Notes: generated by a model from the letters alone, not told the origin. 64,000 bases of DNA from an uncultured bacterium (GCA_964607515.1 CAZSKU010000003.1:7154-71153), one strand, 5' to 3'. Numbered from the stretch's first letter, positions 46,476 through 56,430 are shown. Translations and numbers: made by a program.

Positions 46476-48024
46476 CCCTCTGCTCCGCCGGACTCCCTTG
46501 ATCCCCTTCGCCGCCGGCTTCCTGGGCGTCCTTTCCGCCGCCGGAGCGGCGGCTCTGTCGCCCGACCCGGGAATCACCCTCATGCTCGCCCTCACCGCCA
46601 TGGTCTGCGCCGCCCTGAGGATATCCGTGGACGGCCGGGAGTACGAGACGGTCCACACCATGCTCCTTTTCCTCTGCTTCTGGTACGGCGGCGTCGGCGC
46701 CGGTCTTCTTGCGGTGCCGGTACTGGCCTCGGGGTCTGTTCTGGACCCACGGGATTCCCTCCGTACGGGCGCCTTCCACGTGGGCACCGTGATTCAGGGG
46801 CTGCTGATCCTCCCCATGGCGCTCCTCTTCCCCGGTGGTTCCGGAGGATACCCGCCGCCGGTCTACCTCATGCTGGTGCCCCTGCTCTTCCTCGCCAGAA
46901 GGCTGGCCGCACCCGTCCCGCACCGGAGGCCCAGGAGGAGTCTGGCCTTTCTGGGTTTCCTGGCCAACGTGCCAGCCGTGCTGCTGGCGATCCACGTAAC
47001 TGAGGCATTCGGAAGGGCGGCAACCCTGGTGCTGTGCGGACTCTGCATCTTCTACCTGATCCTGGTCCGACGGGAAACGCTGGCCATCGAGAAAAGGGCC
47101 GTCACGCTCCGCCGCATCACCCGGCACAACAGCGTTTCCAGGGCTCTGCTCTCGTCGGCTTCCCTGCCTGAGTTCATTTCAATCCTGGAGGCCGGAACAG
47201 GACCCGGTTTCACTTTCTACGAGAAGGGATCCGAGGGGTGGACCCGGTGGACCTCCTCCGGGTCCGGGAATGTTTCCGCCCTCCCGAAACCCCTTCCCGG
47301 AGGTCTCAGCTACTCGAGCCCCGCTGTACCCGGGCTTCTGATCACCGCCGAAGGGCCCGCGGCCGAGGCCGTCTCGGGTCACGTCAGGAGCGAAGCCCGG
47401 GACTTCAGTGAGCAGATCGCAAGAACCTGGCAGGTGGCCTCCGCCAGAATCCACCAGGAGGAGGCTCTTTTCAGCGTCGCCCTGCTGCTGGCAAGGATAG
47501 CGGACCTGAAGGACAGGTACACGAAGATGCACTCCCTCAGGGTCGCCGCCCTTTCCTCGGCCCTCGGATCGGAACTGGGGCTTTCGGAACCGGAACTGGC
47601 GATGCTCCGGACCGGCGCTTTGCTGCACGACATCGGCAAGGTAAGCCTGCCGTCGGAAATCCTGGGCAAGAAGGGCATCCTTACTTCCCGGGAAAGGGCA
47701 GTAATCAGGGACCATCCTGGTGAGGGCGCGGCCCTGGTATCGGGCCTCAGCAGGTTCCGGAAGGCTGCTGAAACGGTTCTGCACCACCACGAAAGGATGG
47801 ACGGCAGCGGCTACCCTTCCGGGCTTCGGGGCTCCGGTATTCCCCTGCACAGCAGGATAGTGGCGGTGGCTGACACCTTCGACGCCATCACCGCCGACAG
47901 ACCCTACCACCCGGAGGTTCAGAGCGGCAGCGCCCTCAGGGAGATCCAGGCGGGCAGGGGAACCCTGTACGACGCCCGGGTGGTGGATGCCCTGGCCAGA
48001 CTGGTGGAGGCCGGAAAATGGTGA
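46468..48024 (+). CDS. Membrane-anchored HD-GYP domain phosphodiesterase
   Basis: ~8 N-terminal TM helices, then 'HSLRVAALSSALG', 'LHDIGKVSLP', 'HHERMDGSGYPSGL'. GGAGG lies 6 nt before the ATG at 46468. Confidence 0.8.
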   Translation: MSDPLLRRTPLIPFAAGFLGVLSAAGAAALSPDPGITLMLALTAMVCAALRISVDGREYETVHTMLLFLCFWYGGVGAGLLAVPVLASGSVLDPRDSLRTGAFHVGTVIQGLLILPMALLFPGGSGGYPPPVYLMLVPLLFLARRLAAPVPHRRPRRSLAFLGFLANVPAVLLAIHVTEAFGRAATLVLCGLCIFYLILVRRETLAIEKRAVTLRRITRHNSVSRALLSSASLPEFISILEAGTGPGFTFYEKGSEGWTRWTSSGSGNVSALPKPLPGGLSYSSPAVPGLLITAEGPAAEAVSGHVRSEARDFSEQIARTWQVASARIHQEEALFSVALLLARIADLKDRYTKMHSLRVAALSSALGSELGLSEPELAMLRTGALLHDIGKVSLPSEILGKKGILTSRERAVIRDHPGEGAALVSGLSRFRKAAETVLHHHERMDGSGYPSGLRGSGIPLHSRIVAVADTFDAITADRPYHPEVQSGSALREIQAGRGTLYDARVVDALARLVEAGKW

Positions 48025-49547
48025 AGACCACCAGGCGCGCCGTATCCCCCTTCTTCGCCGCGGCCATATTCACCGCGGCCATAGCGGTACCCTCCGCCCC
48101 GGGCGCCGATTCACCTCCGCAGCTTCCCGTTATGCTGGCACTTTCCGCGGGCATTCTCATATCCGTGGTGTTCAACGGGTTTTCCACCTCCGGGACCCCG
48201 CTCTCGGTTTTCCCCTTCATGCTCACCGTTTCCGCGGTCCTTCAGCGCTCCCTCGCGGCGGGGCTGGTGTTCTCGACGGTGGCGGGAGTGGGTTCCCTGT
48301 TCCTGGAGTCCAGGCTCGGGCTGGAAAAATGGCAGGGAAGAAAGGGTTTGGCGGAGATGATCGCCTCGACTCTCCTGCTCTGCCGGATTCTCTCCCTGCT
48401 GGCGGGCATCGGGGAGGAAACGGTTCCGGGCCATTCCCTGGGTGCCGGGCTGGCGATCCTCCCGGTGCTCACAGGTCTGTCGGTGCTGGCCCTGCGGATT
48501 CTGCCGGCCCCCCCGGAACTCCGGACCGGCGGCGCCACAAGGCTTCTTTTCAACCTGCTGCCGATCCCGGTCGCCTTTCCGCTGCTGGAATACATGCCGG
48601 ACTACGGTTCCCTCCCGGTCCCTCTGGCCGGATCGGTGTTCCTGGTGGGGGTGGTTCAGGTCGGCACCTTCCTGCTCAGCTCCAGACGCCGGTCCCTGGA
48701 GAGAAGCATGGAAATGGAAAAGGCTCTGGCGGACCTGACTTCGGCCCTGTCCTCCGCCGGCAACCGGGCGGAGGTTCTTCGAATGGTGGCGGATGAACTG
48801 CTCCGGGGCAGCGGTGCCACCAGGGTTACCGTCACCCACGACAACCTTTCCGTATCACTGCCTGTACAGCCGTCGCCTCCGGGATGCAGCGTGAGCAGGG
48901 ACGTCCAGGGACTGAGAGCCGTGCTGGAGTTTCCGGTTATGCCCCTGGTCAGCCCGGAGAGGGTGGATGCATTCCTGACCAGAACCGGGGTGATGCTGCA
49001 GTGGATCACCGTGAGCGAGACCATCACCCGGGAGACATGGGAGAGCGTCGAGACCCTGGTGCTCTCTCTGGAGCGAACCGATGAGAAGGTGGCGGACTTC
49101 AGCAAGAGGGTTGCCCAGACGGTATCCGGCCTGGCTGAACACCTGGGTTTCGACAGCTGGACCGTTCATTCCCTGAGGATCGCTTCGCTGCTCCACTCCG
49201 GCTCAGGAGCCGTTTCGGGAAGCCTTGAAAGGGACGACTCCGAACCGGAATCCCCCGGTATCTCCCGGATCACCCTGGACGCCATGAAGTACCAGGGAGA
49301 GTGCTGGGACGGTTCGGGCGCCAGGGGGCTTCGGGGGGAGGACATTCCCATGGCCGCCAGAATACTGGCCGTGGGAATAGGCTGGGAAAAGGCTTTCACT
49401 GCCGGAGGCGTCAGGGAAGCTGAAAAGGCCATGAGAATAGGAAGCGGCCTGCTCTACGACCCTTCCCTGGCGCTGGCCCTGACCGAGTTGAAACGCCGGA
49501 CGGCCCCGGAGGAGCCGTCCGGCGTGTCCGTCAGTGGTCGATGGTGA
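48018..49547 (+). CDS. Membrane-anchored degenerate HD-GYP-like protein (catalytic HD and GYP residues not conserved)
   Basis: TM-rich N-terminus. C-terminus aligns with the preceding gene but reads 'HSLRIASLLHSGSGA' and 'CWDGSGARGL' where HD...DGSGYP is expected. ATGGTGA overlap with the upstream gene. Confidence 0.55.
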   Translation: MVKTTRRAVSPFFAAAIFTAAIAVPSAPGADSPPQLPVMLALSAGILISVVFNGFSTSGTPLSVFPFMLTVSAVLQRSLAAGLVFSTVAGVGSLFLESRLGLEKWQGRKGLAEMIASTLLLCRILSLLAGIGEETVPGHSLGAGLAILPVLTGLSVLALRILPAPPELRTGGATRLLFNLLPIPVAFPLLEYMPDYGSLPVPLAGSVFLVGVVQVGTFLLSSRRRSLERSMEMEKALADLTSALSSAGNRAEVLRMVADELLRGSGATRVTVTHDNLSVSLPVQPSPPGCSVSRDVQGLRAVLEFPVMPLVSPERVDAFLTRTGVMLQWITVSETITRETWESVETLVLSLERTDEKVADFSKRVAQTVSGLAEHLGFDSWTVHSLRIASLLHSGSGAVSGSLERDDSEPESPGISRITLDAMKYQGECWDGSGARGLRGEDIPMAARILAVGIGWEKAFTAGGVREAEKAMRIGSGLLYDPSLALALTELKRRTAPEEPSGVSVSGRW

Positions 49548-52077
49548 GCATTCCCTCGCTGTAGACCTCGAAACTCCCGTCCAGCGTCGGATCCGAAAGC
49601 ACGCCGTAGATGTAGTAGCTGCCCTCCGGCACCCCGCTGCAGTCCCACAGGTAGTCGCTGAGGTAGTCCGGGCACTGGATGTCGGACGATATGGGAACAA
49701 GTCCCCCCGAAGGATCGGTGTCGGTGTCGTAGTACAGGTCTACGGTTCGCCCGGAGGGCCCCACCGAATACCACTCCAGATTGTAGCTGTCGTCCGCGGT
49801 GGCCCCGGGGGGCGGCGGTGAGTAGAATGACATCCAGAGAGGTTCCCGGTCGATGGTCAGAGTGCCTTCGCTGTAGTCGGCAAGGGTCTGCTGGGGGTTT
49901 TCCAGCTTCGCGTAGATGTAGTAGACCCCCTCCGGGGTGGCGGAGCAGTCCCAGGAGTATTCGAACTCGTCCCACTGGATGCCCCCGGTTATGAAGGTCA
50001 TTCCGTTCCCTGGATCCGTGTCCACATCGTAGTAGAGGCTCACAGTGCCTCCGTAGGGAGTATCGGCTGCCCACTGGACGGTGTACTCGGTCTGGGCATA
50101 GGCCCCCCAGGGCGGCGGGGCGGTGACGATGATGTAGCTGTATTCGTGGGTGACCGAGAGGGTGCCGTCGCTGTAGTCAGCCGCGAAACCGTCCGATCCT
50201 GGATCGGGTCTTCCCAGGGAGGGATCGTATATCACCGCGTAGACGTACCAGTCGCCCTCGGGGACCATGCTGGTGTCCCACAGGTAGCTTCCGGTGTTGG
50301 GCAGCCCCTCGGCGATGGGGTACAGCTGGGAGGGGTTGTTGTCGCTGTCATAGTACAGGGCGATGGCACTGCCCGAACCGCCTGCCGCGGTCCACTGCAC
50401 GGCATAACTGCTGTCCGCGGAAGCTCCTTCCGCCGGAGGCGCTGTGACTGTGATGCTGTAGCCGGAGTGGTCAACCGTCAGGGTGCCCTCGCTCCAGGCG
50501 CTGCCGGAACCCTTCAGATCCCGTGGATTCCGCTGCCTGGTGTCGGTCACGAAACCGTAGATCCAGTACACACCTTCGGGAACGTCCGAGCAGTTCCAGT
50601 TGAACTGCCCCGAGTTCGGGGTGCCCGCCACGATGCTGTGCAGGGTTCCACCGGGCTGGTTGGTGGTGCTGTAGAAAAGATACACCCAGGTGGATCCATA
50701 GGGGGCGTCGGTGTCCCACTGCAGCAGGTACTCCTCGTCCGCCGAGGCTCCTTCCGGCGGTGGAGCGGTGAAGGTGAAGGTGTACTCCTGCCCGTGGACG
50801 ATGCTCACTGCGCCGGCGCTCCAGTCACTGCCCTGGCCGTCGCTCTCCAGGGCGGCGAACACGAACCAGTCGCCCTGGGGAACCATTGAGGTGTCCCAGA
50901 GGTGCTCCCCGGTGTTCTGCACCCCGGAGGCTACGGGATACAGGGGCGCTCCGGAAGTGTCCGCGGCGTAGAACAGCGACATCGTCGCTGAACTCGGTGC
51001 ATCGGACTCCCATTCGACCAGATAGCTTTCATCCGCCTGGGCCCCCTCCTCCGGAGGCGCCGTCACCGTGACGTAGAACTGGGTGTCGTGGGCGATGTTC
51101 AGGGTTCCCTGGCTGTAGTCCGAGGCCAGGATGCCCCGGCACGCTCCACCCACGGGGGCAGCTCCGCCCCGGGCCCCCTTGGCCGGGGACATGAGCGCGG
51201 CGTAGACGTAGTATGAGCCCTCCGGCACGTCGGAGCAGTCCCAGGTGTAGTAGCCGTCGTTGTACAGGTTCTGGGCGACAGGTTCGAGCCCTTCGGAGGG
51301 GTCGGTGTCAGTGTCGTACCAGAGGGTCACCGTGGCCCCGGAAGGAGCTTCGCTGAGCCACTCGACGGTGTAGTAGCTGTCGGCGGACTCCCCTCCGGCT
51401 GGTGGTTTCTCGACTGTAATCCAGGGATCCTCCCCGTGGTTGACGTACAGGGTTCCCAGGCTGTACCCAGAGGCGGTCTCCTCCCCGTCGGTTATCTCGG
51501 CCCGGACGAAGTAGAATCCGTCAGGGACCTGCGAGCAGTCCCATAGGTACTGCCCGGTATCTTCGAGCCCCGAAGCTATCTCCGTCAGCCCCTGGTCCGG
51601 AAGGGTGTCGGTGTCCATCCAAAGGGTCACCGTTCCCACCTGGAACCCGGAAGAAACCCACATAACCGTATACGATCCGTCCGCCATGGCGCCCTCGGCG
51701 GGAGGGGCGGTCACCGTTATTCCGGGCTGGCCCTGGCTGTGGTCCACCGTGAGGGTTCCGTCGGAGTAGTCCGAAACCGCCTCCATTCCGCTGGTGAGCA
51801 CGGCCCTGACGTAGTAGTCGCCGTTGGGGACGGCCGCCAGGTCCCATTCGAAGGCTCCGGACACCGGCCGGTCCCCGGATATAAACTGCTGCCCTGAGGG
51901 GCTCTGGACGGTGTTGTAGTAGAGAGCCACCGAACCGCTGCCCTGGCCTGTCCACTCCACGGTGTAGGAGTCCGAGGCGGAAGCTCCCTGGACCGGTGGC
52001 GCGGTGACCGTCACCGCGAGCCCTCCGGAGGGTCCCGAGGGGTCGTCCCCGCAGGAAAGCAGCAGAAGGAACAGCAT
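49531..52077 (-). CDS. Large surface lipoprotein (848 aa) built from eight ~100-aa tandem repeat domains
   Basis: Lipobox 'MLFLLLLSCGDD'. Eight repeats each carry 'VTAPP-EGA-AD-SY-V-W ... LYYD-D ... Y-WD-S-VP-G-YYVYA ... GTL'. The ORF's first 91 codons are rejected. Confidence 0.7.
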   Translation of the reverse strand: MLFLLLLSCGDDPSGPSGGLAVTVTAPPVQGASASDSYTVEWTGQGSGSVALYYNTVQSPSGQQFISGDRPVSGAFEWDLAAVPNGDYYVRAVLTSGMEAVSDYSDGTLTVDHSQGQPGITVTAPPAEGAMADGSYTVMWVSSGFQVGTVTLWMDTDTLPDQGLTEIASGLEDTGQYLWDCSQVPDGFYFVRAEITDGEETASGYSLGTLYVNHGEDPWITVEKPPAGGESADSYYTVEWLSEAPSGATVTLWYDTDTDPSEGLEPVAQNLYNDGYYTWDCSDVPEGSYYVYAALMSPAKGARGGAAPVGGACRGILASDYSQGTLNIAHDTQFYVTVTAPPEEGAQADESYLVEWESDAPSSATMSLFYAADTSGAPLYPVASGVQNTGEHLWDTSMVPQGDWFVFAALESDGQGSDWSAGAVSIVHGQEYTFTFTAPPPEGASADEEYLLQWDTDAPYGSTWVYLFYSTTNQPGGTLHSIVAGTPNSGQFNWNCSDVPEGVYWIYGFVTDTRQRNPRDLKGSGSAWSEGTLTVDHSGYSITVTAPPAEGASADSSYAVQWTAAGGSGSAIALYYDSDNNPSQLYPIAEGLPNTGSYLWDTSMVPEGDWYVYAVIYDPSLGRPDPGSDGFAADYSDGTLSVTHEYSYIIVTAPPPWGAYAQTEYTVQWAADTPYGGTVSLYYDVDTDPGNGMTFITGGIQWDEFEYSWDCSATPEGVYYIYAKLENPQQTLADYSEGTLTIDREPLWMSFYSPPPPGATADDSYNLEWYSVGPSGRTVDLYYDTDTDPSGGLVPISSDIQCPDYLSDYLWDCSGVPEGSYYIYGVLSDPTLDGSFEVYSEGMLTIDH
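49580..52030. repeat. Intragenic tandem repeat region (~300-nt period, eight copies, diverged at DNA level)
   Basis: The periodicity is seen in the translated protein. Codon-level divergence between copies argues for old, selected repeats rather than recent slippage. Confidence 0.6.
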
Positions 52078-52103
52078 GGAAACCGCAGCCGGCAGCCTTC
52101 GGA

Positions 52104-55004
52104 TCACCTCGACACCTCCCCGGACAGGTCGTGGAGAGGTATCACGACCGGGTTGTCGAACCTGGGCGTCGGAGGCCCACCCCCGGCGGCGGACGACGGG
52201 TCGCCGGCCCCCGGGACGAAGCCGCCGGGCGACACGCCGTTTATAGCGCCGTGGGTGATGTTGGACAACCAGGTATCCGAGCTGAAGAACCTGAGCCCGT
52301 CGATGTTCCATCCGCCTTCGGTGTTCGCGGAGTTGCTCAGCATGCGCCACCGGAAGATCACCTTCCTTCCGGCCCCGAACACCGGAAGGTTGTCAACCCG
52401 GTAACGGTAGTAGCCCCATCCCGAGGATATGCCGGAGGTGGTGAGCACCGGATGCCATGTTGAGGGGGCCACGTTGCCGAATTCCGCCACCTCCAGGTAT
52501 CCGTAGTCCTGGTCGGACTCGAAGCGGGGACAGGCGTAGAACTCGACGTAGGCGTAGGTGTCGTAGTTGTCCAGGGTGTAGTGCATGGGAGGGGTGATCA
52601 GAGCGTTGTGCTGGCTGTTCTCGTACCGGTAGTTCCACCAGCGGTCGGACCAGTACCCGCTGTACATGTCGTTCCCGGCCCAGTTCTGGCCGTCGGGGGT
52701 GGAAAGCGGGTCGTACGATCCGCCGGTTACCTTGGTGTAGGCCATCCAGTCGGCCATCTCGTAGACCTGCATGTTCCAGATTATCTGCGGCCAGTCGGCC
52801 CCGGGCCTGCTCCGGGTGTAGTCCACCTCCCAGCCGGTGTTTGACGAGTTGCCCACGGTGCCGTAGTTGAACCTCAGACGTACCTGCTTGCCGGCGTACT
52901 CGGTGATGTCTATGACCGAGAAGTTCCACATGGTGCCCGATGTGCTGCCGGTCCAGCCCGGCTCCATTTCCAGGGCCGGAACCGCCGCGGTGTAGTAGCC
53001 CCAGTAGGGAACGATGAGACGCCATGTTTCGCCGTTGTTCTCGGTTATCTTCACGTTGCATCCGTCCCCCTGGCTGCCGAAGCTGTACCTGTGGAAGAAA
53101 GCCACCGCCAGTCTCTGACCCTCGGCGTAGGATGACAGGTCAATCACGGGACTCTGCAGCCACGCCCTCGTCGGAGTCTGCTGATAGCTGCCGCTTCCTG
53201 CGGTGGCGTAGCACCAGCTGCCTGAGTAGGCGGCGTGGTTCGATGGAATCCATTCGTCGGTGGTGTAGCCTGGCCAGGGTCCGTGGGACCATCCGGCCAT
53301 GCCCCATCCCATCTCCTCGATAGCTATCTGGTCGCAGGCTATTCCCCTGACGGGCATCGGCTGGTCGCCCCTCTGGGCGAAGCCGATGAGGAACGAGTCG
53401 GTGAAGGGTATTCCGGCCTGCTGGGCGGCCTGGGTCAGGTCCACCGTGGCCTCGGTCCAGCCGGGAAAACTCTCCGGGGCTGCGAGGATCCTGTGACTCA
53501 TGTCCCAGTAGCCTTCGCTGCCGGTGGAGACCACCACGTTGTCTATGCTGATTCCTCCGTCGCCGGTGGGGGAGACGGTGCAACCGGTTCCCTGCTGGGC
53601 GAACACTATCCGGGTGTTGGCAAGATCGTAGCCCTCGGGGATCAGATCGGAAAGGTTGATAACCACCTGGGACCAGGACCCCGGGGGGTACGCCCCGGGA
53701 TTGAGAGCCACCTGGGCCAGCGGAGTGCTGTTGATCCCCCCGGGCCCCATGATTCCTACGAAATCGTTGGCGGTGGTGATGTCGCCCCGGTTGCACATGT
53801 CGAAGGTCAGGGCGATGTCCGAACCCGCATAGGCGGAGAGGTCCAGGGTCGCCATCACCCTGTTGGTGCCGGTGTAACCCTGCCGTCGAGTGTCGAGGTT
53901 CAGGTAGGGACCAGTGGCGGGGAACTCTTCGGTCACCTGAACCCTTCCGTAATCGTTGGTCCAGAAGGTCCAGCTCCTGGGAAAACCGTTCCGGAAACCG
54001 CTGAAGTCCTCGTTGAGCACCTCCACCTGGCTGTCGGGCACCCATACCGGAAGGAAGACGCCGTCCTCGTAGTCGAGAAGGTCGCTGAACTCCCTCCAGA
54101 AGAAATGGAGCCGCAGCTCATCGCTCCAGGTGTATTCCGACAGGTCCACCCGCCAGATGGCCATCTGGGTGCTGTACCCCTGCCGGTGGCAGTCCAGGGC
54201 CAGACAACTGGCTCCCTCAAAGGCCTCCGGATCGGTCCAGCGGCGGATCCTTCCGTAGCCGTCGTCCTCGATCCACAGCTGCCAGTCGGCGTTCCAGCTG
54301 ACCGGATCCTCGAAGTACTCGGTGATCACGGGAACCCACATGTCTCCGGCCTCCATGAAGTCCTGAAAGGCAAAGCTGCTGGCGACCTCGAAGCTCTCCT
54401 GGAAGACCGTGTTCTGGTAACGGGACCCGCCGTCTTCACCGTATGAGGCGAACAGGTCCCGGAGCATCGCCGGGTCGCCGGCGGCGGCCAGGTTGTACGG
54501 GGAGACGCTTCCGGAAACCTCCGCCCCGCCCGGGGAGGAGAGGGTGTAGTCGATGCGCCTCACCAGTGCCGGTTCCGCGACCCTGTTCCCCGAGGCATCG
54601 AAATAGTCGAAGACCAGCTCACCCGGAAAACCGGGATGGACTTCCCGGCCCGCGGCGTCGCGAACGGTGACCGTTCCTCCGGCGGACATCACGGTGATGG
54701 TGTCCTCGGGGCCGAAGGCTTCGGGGGCGTCCAGGTTGGCCACCACGGTAAGTCTGTGGTTTTCGGATGCCAGTACCGGGCACCAGACACCGGGAAACAC
54801 GTTGCCCATGTAGCCGGCGTTCGACAGGAGCACTTCCAGTCGGGCCGCGACCAGTCCGGCGTCCGCCTCCGCCGCCTGTCTGGCAGCGTTTTCAGTGGCC
54901 CGGCCGGTCCCCTGGATGAACAGGTACAATCCTGCCAGGACCACACCCAGAAGGACCATGGCCAGCAGCCCCTCCACCAGGGTGAATCCCTTCTTGGTTC
55001 TCAT
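52104..55004 (-). CDS. Giant (966 aa) type IV prepilin-signal protein: PilW-like minor pilin fused to adhesin-like C-terminal modules (MAM/choice-of-anchor-J-like)
   Basis: N-terminus 'MRTKKGFTLVEGLLAMVLLGVVLAGL' is a class III prepilin cleavage/methylation motif (G|FTLVE). The remaining ~900 aa are beta-rich, with 'GGWNIDGLRFF' near the C-terminus. Confidence 0.75.
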   Translation of the reverse strand: MRTKKGFTLVEGLLAMVLLGVVLAGLYLFIQGTGRATENAARQAAEADAGLVAARLEVLLSNAGYMGNVFPGVWCPVLASENHRLTVVANLDAPEAFGPEDTITVMSAGGTVTVRDAAGREVHPGFPGELVFDYFDASGNRVAEPALVRRIDYTLSSPGGAEVSGSVSPYNLAAAGDPAMLRDLFASYGEDGGSRYQNTVFQESFEVASSFAFQDFMEAGDMWVPVITEYFEDPVSWNADWQLWIEDDGYGRIRRWTDPEAFEGASCLALDCHRQGYSTQMAIWRVDLSEYTWSDELRLHFFWREFSDLLDYEDGVFLPVWVPDSQVEVLNEDFSGFRNGFPRSWTFWTNDYGRVQVTEEFPATGPYLNLDTRRQGYTGTNRVMATLDLSAYAGSDIALTFDMCNRGDITTANDFVGIMGPGGINSTPLAQVALNPGAYPPGSWSQVVINLSDLIPEGYDLANTRIVFAQQGTGCTVSPTGDGGISIDNVVVSTGSEGYWDMSHRILAAPESFPGWTEATVDLTQAAQQAGIPFTDSFLIGFAQRGDQPMPVRGIACDQIAIEEMGWGMAGWSHGPWPGYTTDEWIPSNHAAYSGSWCYATAGSGSYQQTPTRAWLQSPVIDLSSYAEGQRLAVAFFHRYSFGSQGDGCNVKITENNGETWRLIVPYWGYYTAAVPALEMEPGWTGSTSGTMWNFSVIDITEYAGKQVRLRFNYGTVGNSSNTGWEVDYTRSRPGADWPQIIWNMQVYEMADWMAYTKVTGGSYDPLSTPDGQNWAGNDMYSGYWSDRWWNYRYENSQHNALITPPMHYTLDNYDTYAYVEFYACPRFESDQDYGYLEVAEFGNVAPSTWHPVLTTSGISSGWGYYRYRVDNLPVFGAGRKVIFRWRMLSNSANTEGGWNIDGLRFFSSDTWLSNITHGAINGVSPGGFVPGAGDPSSAAGGGPPTPRFDNPVVIPLHDLSGEVSR

Positions 55005-55066
55005 TCTTCGCCGCCTTTCCAGGAAACAGTGATTGCCGATTCTATCATAATGTCATCCGATTCCCT

Positions 55067-56413
55067 TCAGAAATCCTCCTCCGGCACGTCCATTAGCCAC
55101 GAGACCGGTGTCCACTTCCATACCTGGGGAAACCCCGGCGGATGTCGGGACACCAGTCCCGGATCCATGGCGATGCCCAGGGTGTAGCCGGTGCTTCCCG
55201 AAGAGGTCCAGGAGAACATGCCCGTCGCCAGCCCGCCGTGAATGGCCACCCTGGCGGGATTCCCGGGATACGTGTTGCTTCTGGGCCTGAACCTGCCGGT
55301 TGGAGCCGCCAGAAAGGCTCTGACCATGAACGATCTGTCGGTCTCTATATCCCAGGGGGATTCCCAGTCCTCCCCCCCGATGCAGTCCGGGTCTGTTTCG
55401 ATCACTATGTCCCCCAGGGATACCAGCCCCAGGGGGCCTCCCGCGCCGGCCAGGGCTCCCGTGATGCTCCCTCCCAGCACCAGGTCTCCGGCGCTGAAAA
55501 TCGTGAGGGGAGCGGCGAGGGGGCTCAGGGATTTCAGAACCGTGCCGCTGTAGCCTCCGGAGAGCTGTATGCAGTTCACGCCCCTCAGGGAGAGGGTTTC
55601 CGGGGGAGACTGGATTCCCCGGCGGAAAATGGCCCGGCTGCCGTCCAGAAGCACCCTGGATGCGCTCACGGAAACGGCCCCCTGAAGGCTCGCTCTCAGA
55701 TCGAGAGCCGCCTGCTGCATGTCCACGGGTTCCTGGTTCATCCTCCATGATGGTCTGCCCCGGTTGTGTCTGGGCCACGGCCGCACCCAGGTGCGGCTTC
55801 CCTCGGGGTGAGGAACCCGTGCCATGCCCACGTCCGAGAAACAGACGCCCCCCCGGGAGGTGACGCTCACCTCGTACAGCCATGGGTCGTCGGAGGAGTC
55901 CGGCGAGAAACTGTCGAAGTGGATCGTTCCATTGGAATGCACGGGTCCGTCCACCATGGTCCCCGTGGTGAAGAAGCCCGAAGGGATGTCTCCGTTCACC
56001 GCCAGGGCGAAGCCCGAGAGGAACCTTGGCACCGCCCTGACGATGATCCTGTACTCCTGGGACCTGTAGGACCCCGTGCTTCGGATTTCCGCGGCTCCGT
56101 TGGACGTGGCCGGGTCGCCGGCGGGAAATGGGTGCACCGCGACCGTTACGGTGGAACCGTCAGGCAGGTCCAGCCCTTCGGGGAAAATATCGAAGGGAAC
56201 CCCCGGAAGCGGATCCAGGCCCGCCAGGTGATGCAGGGCAAGGTTCACCCCGGACTCCGCTGCGTAGGCCGCAGCCATCCGGTCGCGCCGGAAGACCGCC
56301 GTATTGACGCTGCTCCGGAAGTAGGCCCATGCTCCCAGCACAAGGATCATCATAACCGCGGCCACCGCGATGACCATGGCCAGCGCCATGCCCCGGCTGG
56401 TTCCCCTTCTCAT
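55067..56413 (-). CDS. PilX-N-domain minor-pilin-like protein (449 aa)
   Basis: 'MRRGTSRGMALAMVIAVAAVMMILVLGAWAYF...AAESGVNLALHHL' resembles the PilX N-terminal domain. Start set at the internal ATG 56413. Confidence 0.7.
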   Translation of the reverse strand: MRRGTSRGMALAMVIAVAAVMMILVLGAWAYFRSSVNTAVFRRDRMAAAYAAESGVNLALHHLAGLDPLPGVPFDIFPEGLDLPDGSTVTVAVHPFPAGDPATSNGAAEIRSTGSYRSQEYRIIVRAVPRFLSGFALAVNGDIPSGFFTTGTMVDGPVHSNGTIHFDSFSPDSSDDPWLYEVSVTSRGGVCFSDVGMARVPHPEGSRTWVRPWPRHNRGRPSWRMNQEPVDMQQAALDLRASLQGAVSVSASRVLLDGSRAIFRRGIQSPPETLSLRGVNCIQLSGGYSGTVLKSLSPLAAPLTIFSAGDLVLGGSITGALAGAGGPLGLVSLGDIVIETDPDCIGGEDWESPWDIETDRSFMVRAFLAAPTGRFRPRSNTYPGNPARVAIHGGLATGMFSWTSSGSTGYTLGIAMDPGLVSRHPPGFPQVWKWTPVSWLMDVPEEDF

Positions 56414-56430
56414 AACCTTCACCGGAGCCT

